This document shows, piece after piece, positions 62,741-64,000 of a DNA stretch of 64,000 bases; within the stretch, counting starts at the first letter, position 1, and each line of letters begins with the position of its first letter. The stretch lies in the sequence record PP418987.1; one strand, 5' to 3'. Source of the stretch: Escherichia phage UPWr_E4. The translations under genes were made by a program, and so were the position numbers. The notes under the pieces were generated by a model. The model searched no databases, was not told where the DNA came from, and was given only the letters and a program-made list of their open reading frames with translations.

Positions 62741-62943
62741 ATATAATTAATAAGATTTTTGGAATTCAGTACATTAAGGTCACATATAAAGTAACAGATA
62801 AAAATCCGTATACTGATGAACATGAAGAACCGCAAGTTGAGTCTATTATATTAGAAAAGGACCCTAACTGGCCAGTTGAATTTCGTCTTCCTTGCTATGG
62901 TCATTGGGCTGATGTTGAAATTATAAGCATTGAAAATGTCTGA
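62737..62943 (+). CDS. Hypothetical small protein
   Basis: 68 aa, ATGA-coupled. Confidence 0.5.
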   Translation: MNIINKIFGIQYIKVTYKVTDKNPYTDEHEEPQVESIILEKDPNWPVEFRLPCYGHWADVEIISIENV

Positions 62944-63394
62944 GTTAGAGATTAGAAGCAATTTTAGGTGGCCATCATGTGCATTAAGTAATTTCGCCCA
63001 TTGGCCTTTCGTTATGGATGGCATTCAATTTGGAGGTCTTGAAGGATTCCTCCAAGGATGCAAAGTGAAAAATGTTGAACAACAACGTCGTATATTTGGG
63101 TTATCCGGGCTTGCCGCCCAACAAGCTGGAAGGTCTTATGCAAGAGCTCAGGACCGTGGGACCCTCTTCTGGCTTGGAGTTCCATTTTCAAGATACTCCC
63201 CGGCGTGGAAAGAATTATACACAAATGCATATTTTGAAGCAGCGATCCAAAACAAGGGCTTCCGTGATGCATTACAAGCCTCGAAAGGAAAAGTTTTGAA
63301 GCACAGCATGGCTAGTGGTCTAACAAAAGATGATACAATACTAACCGAAGCTGAATTTATTGATGTGTTAAACCTATTAAGAGACTCTCTATGA
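62930..63394 (+). CDS. NADAR/YbiA-family (DUF1768-like) protein
   Basis: 154 aa; LSNFAHWPFVMDG resembles the conserved FSNFA.WP motif of YbiA/NADAR proteins; GC content higher than neighbours. Confidence 0.55.
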   Translation: MKMSELEIRSNFRWPSCALSNFAHWPFVMDGIQFGGLEGFLQGCKVKNVEQQRRIFGLSGLAAQQAGRSYARAQDRGTLFWLGVPFSRYSPAWKELYTNAYFEAAIQNKGFRDALQASKGKVLKHSMASGLTKDDTILTEAEFIDVLNLLRDSL

Positions 63395-64000
63395 AGCCTA
63401 CTATTTTAACTGATATTGATGGAGTATGTTTAAGCTGGCAATCAGGCCTTCCTTATTTTGCTCAGAAATATAATCTTCCGTTAGAACATATTTTAAAAAT
63501 GATCCAGGATGAGAAATTTATTTCTCCTGGTAAACTATTTAATTGCGATGAAGAACTTGGCGTTAAGCTAATTGAAAAATACAATCGTTCGGATTTTATT
63601 CGATACTTGTCTCCATATAAAGATGCCCTGTGTGTAATTAACAAATTAAAAGAAGATTATAATTTTGTAGCTGTTACAGCATTGGGTGATTCTATTGACG
63701 CTCTGCTGAATCGTCAATTTAATTTGAATGCTCTTTTTCCTGGTGCCTTCTCAGAAGTACTGATGTGTGGTCATGATTCTTCAAAAGAAGAGTTGTTCAA
63801 AAAGGCAAAAGAAAAATATAACGTAATTTGTTATATTGACGATCTCGCTCACCACTGCGATCACGCAAGTGAAATATTAAATGTTCCTGTTTATTGGATG
63901 GCTCGAGGGGAACGTGACAGTATTCCAAAAACTGCACAGCGAGTTTATACATGGAATGATGTAGAGAATAAGCTTTTTCCATCGAAGGAAAATAAAGAAA
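63391..64000 (+). CDS. HAD-superfamily phosphatase / nucleotidase-like protein (3' end outside window)
   Basis: ATGA-coupled start 63391; HAD motif ILTDIDGV and later YIDD; no stop before window end. Confidence 0.55.
   Translation, partial: MKPTILTDIDGVCLSWQSGLPYFAQKYNLPLEHILKMIQDEKFISPGKLFNCDEELGVKLIEKYNRSDFIRYLSPYKDALCVINKLKEDYNFVAVTALGDSIDALLNRQFNLNALFPGAFSEVLMCGHDSSKEELFKKAKEKYNVICYIDDLAHHCDHASEILNVPVYWMARGERDSIPKTAQRVYTWNDVENKLFPSKENKE

Noticed and set aside
63012-63299. ORFs 63012-63272 (minus) and 63072-63299 (plus)
   Set aside because: Overlap the NADAR-like gene in other frames; arise from its locally elevated GC content.

Overview
This window is a T4-type (T-even, Tevenvirinae) phage genome segment, colinear with the T4 early region from the end of uvsX through genes 40/41, primase 61, dam, 56, soc, modB/modA, dda, dexA, topoisomerase genes 39 and 52, rIIA/rIIB, denB, ndd, motA, arn and asiA. 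It then runs through the convergent late block on the minus strand (holin t, tail-fibre genes 38, 37, 36, 35, 34), and on through rnh, dsbA, 33, 59, segG, 32, frd, td (with its group I intron and I-TevI), nrdA, nrdB, denA, RNA ligase 63, alc, spanins, pseT, cd, 31, rIII and a 30.x-like block. Gene calls rest on reading the supplied ORF translations, start-codon and Shine-Dalgarno context, and recall of T4 protein sizes and order; no database search was run. Several traits are T2-like rather than T4-like: a single 606-aa gene 39 with no gene 60 split, a glycine-rich gp38 adhesin, no segF between 56 and soc, and an uninterrupted nrdB. Almost all early genes are on the plus strand, tightly packed with ATGA/TAATG overlaps, separated by T4-type early promoters (GTTTAC, 17-18 bp, TATAAT-like) and UUCG/GNRA hairpin terminators. 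The best candidates for something undescribed are: (1) a module between primase and dam made of a convergent minus-strand small membrane protein plus a PD-(D/E)xK nuclease-like ORF translationally coupled to Dam; (2) a 68-aa basic ORF sitting exactly in the frd-td junction; (3) a roughly 400-bp GC-rich ORF-free region after rIII that may encode a structured RNA. Promoter and hairpin coordinates were counted by hand from nearby ORF boundaries and may be off by 1-2 bp; hypothetical ORFs are named only by position.
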